A stretch of 64,000 bases of DNA from a virus, in IMG/VR virus record IMGVR_UViG_3300008954_000007. One strand, given 5' to 3'. The notes below the pieces were generated by a model that saw only the letters and a list, made by a program, of their open reading frames with translations, had not been told where the DNA came from and made no database searches. Below, piece after piece: positions 61,054-64,000 of the stretch; positions within the stretch are counted from its first letter, which is position 1, and each line of letters opens with the position of its first letter. The position numbers and the translations under genes were made by a program.

Positions 61054-61288
61054 ACGATAGGAGACTTTTAATGAATAAAAGTTTGTTATTCACCTTGCGT
61101 CAAAGAAAGCTATTTAGGTCTAGCAGGAAACCCTTGAGGTGTAACAATTCCTCTGGATTTCCTGTTCAACCCACATGAACTTTTCTTAAACTACTATGTC
61201 AAGAAGGAGTTAACTTGTTGACGTTCATTCTCCCTATGTCAAGAAGAATGATAATTGATTCTATCATGAGTAAAACAACAAGTCAAAC

Positions 61289-61362
61289 AAAAAAGCCACA
61301 CCTTAAAACTCAGGAAGAGTTGGTAGGAGAAGGTATGGCTTTTTCAAGGAGTTGTTTATGTC
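61289..61362 (-). ncRNA. Candidate sRNA with anti-SD tracts
   Basis: TG-TATAAT at 61369-61377, 15-bp terminator stem, CU-rich 5' end and loop, no ORF. Confidence 0.55.
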
Positions 61363-61394
61363 CATATCATTATACCATACCTATAACTCTAAGC

Positions 61395-61489
61395 AAAAAA
61401 AACCCCCATTGTGTTAAGCCCATCATCACTTGTTTTCAACACAACAGGGGGAGAATGATCATTAGTTCAAGCTCATTCAAGCCTCATCC
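61395..61489 (-). ncRNA. Candidate sRNA
   Basis: TG-TATAAT at 61496-61504, long stem plus U8 tail. Confidence 0.5.
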
Positions 61490-61512
61490 ATCTATATTAT
61501 ACCATATTACTA

Positions 61513-61902
61513 CTATGAAATAGCAAGTTGAAAAACTCCAGAAAACAATAAAGTGGCTAGACAATACCAGAAAGTATAGTTTTTATTTGTTTCTTGCTTT
61601 TCTAAATCAACGATCAATCTATATTTGTACAACTGATGATTTTTATAGATGACTGAATAGATAGACTCTTCAACTATCTTAGGGCTTATGTTTTCTTTCC
61701 AACCATCCTCACTTAGTAATCCATTGTTCTGACATAAAGACCCCATCATTTTTCTACCTATCTTCCTAGCTTCTTTTTGATCCCAGGCATTTACAAAAAC
61801 AATCAACTGATCTTCACCATTTAAATGATAAGAAATAGAGTGGTCTTTTTCTCCATATGTGGTAATAGAAATCATAAATAAAATCATTATTAGTTTTTTC
61901 AT
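61513..61902 (-). CDS. Exported or membrane protein (signal peptide and C-terminal TM)
   Basis: MKKLIMILFMISITTYG signal-like N-terminus. Confidence 0.6.
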   Translation of the reverse strand: MKKLIMILFMISITTYGEKDHSISYHLNGEDQLIVFVNAWDQKEARKIGRKMMGSLCQNNGLLSEDGWKENISPKIVEESIYSVIYKNHQLYKYRLIVDLEKQETNKNYTFWYCLATLLFSGVFQLAIS

Positions 61903-62095
61903 AATTAATTTTTGTTATTAACAGCAACAAAATTGATTGGCATTAAAGTCCAACTTAGTTTCTTGACATATAATTCGTCAGCTTGGCATATACTTATTGA
62001 TTAATAGCGTGTTGGCATCCTACAACAAAATTTAGTAACTAAGCAAGATTTGACAATCCAATTTATAAGATCATAGCATTAAGTGCTATCTCAGT

Positions 62096-62188
62096 AAAAA
62101 AAAGTGTTTGTAGGGTCAAACAGGGATTGCTCTCCAAAAGGAAAGTCTTACATCCCCTAACCTAATGGATGATGCCCCACCCATTTGT
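62096..62188 (-). ncRNA. Structured RNA scaffold, copy 1
   Basis: Repeated ~85-nt element with compensatory stems, ending in a hairpin and U tract. Confidence 0.7.
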
Positions 62189-62480
62189 GCTTTATAGATT
62201 ATGATTTCAGTATCCTAACTAGGTTTTCTATGCCCCCCACTGGCAGTTGGCATTTCAGCTTCCACAAAAAACCAAACGTAACCCCACAGGTGTAGCTTTG
62301 ACATTTTTAGCCTGACGAATTGACATTTACACAGGTCTGTAATATGGTCTTGGCATTAAAACCATCTTCTTCTTCTGATTGACATAAGAAACACATTGGT
62401 ATTAAATCATACAATAAACCTAATAAATGTATTTGACATTTAAACTTCTGTAATAAGAAGATATCAATATGACAAAAAGA

Positions 62481-62569
62481 AAAAGTGTTTGTAGGGTTAA
62501 ACAAGAATAGCTTTTCAAAAGAAAAGGCTTACATTCTCTAACCTAATGGATGATGCCCCACCCATTTGT
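62481..62569 (-). ncRNA. Structured RNA scaffold, copy 2
   Basis: As copy 1. Confidence 0.7.
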
Positions 62570-62830
62570 ATTTTGTCAATTATGATTTCAGTATTTTCAT
62601 GCGAATAACGCAGTGGTTTGACATTACAAAGACATACATTTCAATTGTGTACGAATATTGGCATTAACAATCACTAACCCCTATATCTGTTGTCATTAGT
62701 CGCACTTAGAACATTTGGCATTACTCTTCTACTGAGAACGCCTTTGTGGTGATTTGGCATCTATGCTACGTTCAAACCCTTGGCATTTTCCTTTGTGTTT
62801 TATTGGCATTAACTTAATGGGAAATTGGCA

Positions 62831-63046
62831 TTATTCTTCATATGCTATGATTGCTCCCATGTTCCACCAGGTTTCATACCTATAGCTAAAGCCATATTGA
62901 GACAACACTTCTACTACTATCTCTAACATCCTATTACTATTACCTGTAACAATCTTAAATGATGCCTCAGTTGTTAATAGTATATGGTCTTCCACCACAT
63001 TATATACATTACTATGTCTCACACCATGTAAATTCAAACATAACAT
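62831..63046 (-). CDS. Stand-alone Smr-domain-like protein
   Basis: LNLHGVRH..V...V...I...IVTGNS..M..IV..VL.....N.GAI, with an AAAAAAGGAGTC RBS. Confidence 0.6.
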   Translation of the reverse strand: MLCLNLHGVRHSNVYNVVEDHILLTTEASFKIVTGNSNRMLEIVVEVLSQYGFSYRYETWWNMGAIIAYEE

Positions 63047-63275
63047 GAGTTGACTCCTTTTTTTGTGTTTGGTGTAAATTTTCTAAATTAGTTCATATTT
63101 CATGTCTTGGCATTAAGGTAGTGTTCAACGTTTTGACATTTAGCGCATCAGAAAAAGGATATGTATCAAGCCTTTAGATTGGCATTTAAAAAGCCTAAAG
63201 AAATTGGAGATTTGGTACGATTTGACAATCCAATTTAGAAGATCTTGGCAACTAAGTGCTCCCTTTAAAATAAAT

Positions 63276-63364
63276 AAAAAGTGTTTGTAGGGTCAAACAG
63301 GAATCGCTTTCAAAATGAAAGGCTTACATTCCCTAACCTAATGGATGATGCCCCACCCATTTGT
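63276..63364 (-). ncRNA. Structured RNA scaffold, copy 3
   Basis: As copy 1. Confidence 0.7.
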
Positions 63365-63407
63365 GTTTTTGTCATTTATAATTGCATCATTGAGGGGATT
63401 ACTCAAC

Positions 63408-63668
63408 TCATAGTCTTTGACATTTTTTTGAAGGCCAATCAGCTATTGACATTGACTTTTTCGCTTCATCCTCACCAACTAGCTCCACTAAACTTTGAAC
63501 AGCTAGATTTTGTTTAACTCTAAATTCTTTTGGTAGTTCATTAATTACTAACATAATTCTTTCTACTTCTGAAAGAGAAGCATAATAGATCCTATATTCA
63601 TCTACCTTAAACATCCAACTTCTAAGGGATTCTTTCTTAGGGTTAAATACAGTTTCATTAATCTTCAA
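63408..63668 (-). CDS. Hypothetical protein embedded in the array
   Basis: 86-aa ORF with a TTG start. Micro-repeats are absent from most of it. Confidence 0.5.
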   Translation of the reverse strand: MKINETVFNPKKESLRSWMFKVDEYRIYYASLSEVERIMLVINELPKEFRVKQNLAVQSLVELVGEDEAKKSMSIADWPSKKCQRL

Positions 63669-63958
63669 TTGGCATTCTACCTATTAATGTGTTGGCATCT
63701 GGCTTAGTTTCTTGACATTTAACTTAAGTTGTTCAAGAGAATTGGCATTAACATTCAGCAATCTTTATCCTTGGCATTACACGTTATGGTGTACTAACAT
63801 GGCACTAGGGATAAGTTTACGAACACTCCTGACATCGACTTGGCATATACCCCCATTGGGCCAACACCTTTGTTGACATTATTAGTCAGCGCAGGAAAAA
63901 CTCAGCAAAATGTGTTTGTCTTATTTGGCATCATACAATCCCTTAAATGACAAAAAAG

Positions 63959-64000
63959 AAAAAGTGTTTGTAGGGTCAAACAAGAATAGCTCTTCAAAAG
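63959..64000 (-). ncRNA. Structured RNA scaffold, copy 4 (truncated by the window)
   Basis: gtgtttgtagggtcaaacaagaatagctcttcaaaag. Confidence 0.7.

Larger units (their letters stand above)
61937..63932 (-). repeat. Array of AATGYCAA micro-repeats with mostly unique spacers
   Basis: 33 TTGRCA cores on the + strand, mostly followed by T/TT, against about one in the opposite orientation. Confidence 0.9.

Noticed and set aside
62096-63364. Scaffold as a known ribozyme, riboswitch or tRNA
   Set aside because: Hammerhead, pistol, HDV-like and c-di-GMP core motifs and a T-loop were not found by eye. An Rfam search is still needed.
62104-63364. Scaffold as coding repeat MGGASSIRL...
   Set aside because: Stop positions differ between copies and the substitutions preserve base pairing, not amino acids.
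62307-63517. ORFs 62307-62504 (-) and 63281-63517 (+)
   Set aside because: They begin inside the RNA scaffold without an RBS and are probably incidental.
62700-63935. Micro-ORF starts resembling ribosomal protein N-termini (MPRV, MPRS, MSKR)
   Set aside because: Largely forced by the ATGYCAA motif and too short to support without a host genome.
61937-64000. Canonical CRISPR array
   Set aside because: The repeat is only 6-8 nt, spacing is irregular and no cas genes are in the window.
61937-64000. TIGR array (UG/CCA motifs)
   Set aside because: No fixed ~36-nt dual-spacer period, CCA is often UCA, and no Nop-domain gene is seen.
1-64000. Stop-codon recoding
   Set aside because: Long genes are intact in code 11, and TAA, TAG and TGA all end coupled genes.
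1-64000. DGR, retron, integrase or transposon
   Set aside because: No reverse transcriptase, recombinase or transposase motifs in the ORFs.

Overview
This is a 64-kb piece of a large, AT-rich dsDNA tailed phage, read in genetic code 11. Nothing resembling a tail sheath is present, so it is probably a long-tailed siphovirus. Layout: (1) 1-27.6 kb, + strand: tail module with a repeat-rich fibre carrying an S74 chaperone, four paralogous tail-tube-like genes, a frameshifted chaperone pair, a 2524-aa tape measure and two giant tip proteins. (2) 27.8-44.9 kb, + strand: DnaE, the N-half of a split SbcC, SbcD, a dNMP kinase, a GH108 endolysin and many small genes. (3) 45.8-55.4 kb, - strand: early or host-takeover region (ArdC, Gp88-like) built from 11 near-identical promoter cassettes and GC-rich palindromic blocks. 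(4) 56.4-60.8 kb: dCMP deaminase, a T5orf172 nuclease and a hybrid histidine kinase. (5) 60.8-64 kb: a largely non-coding RNA district. Two candidate systems stand out. (A) A 2-kb array runs off the window end. It has 33 same-strand AATGYCAA micro-repeats with mostly unique spacers, four copies of an ~85-nt covarying RNA scaffold whose invariant loop GGGCAU is complementary to the micro-repeat, and an embedded stand-alone Smr-like gene. (B) A promoter-driven ~50-nt hairpin RNA at 2669-2717 has a loop exactly antisense to an extended RBS, AAAAAAGGAGTC, found before nine phage start codons. All counts were made by eye and no databases were searched.
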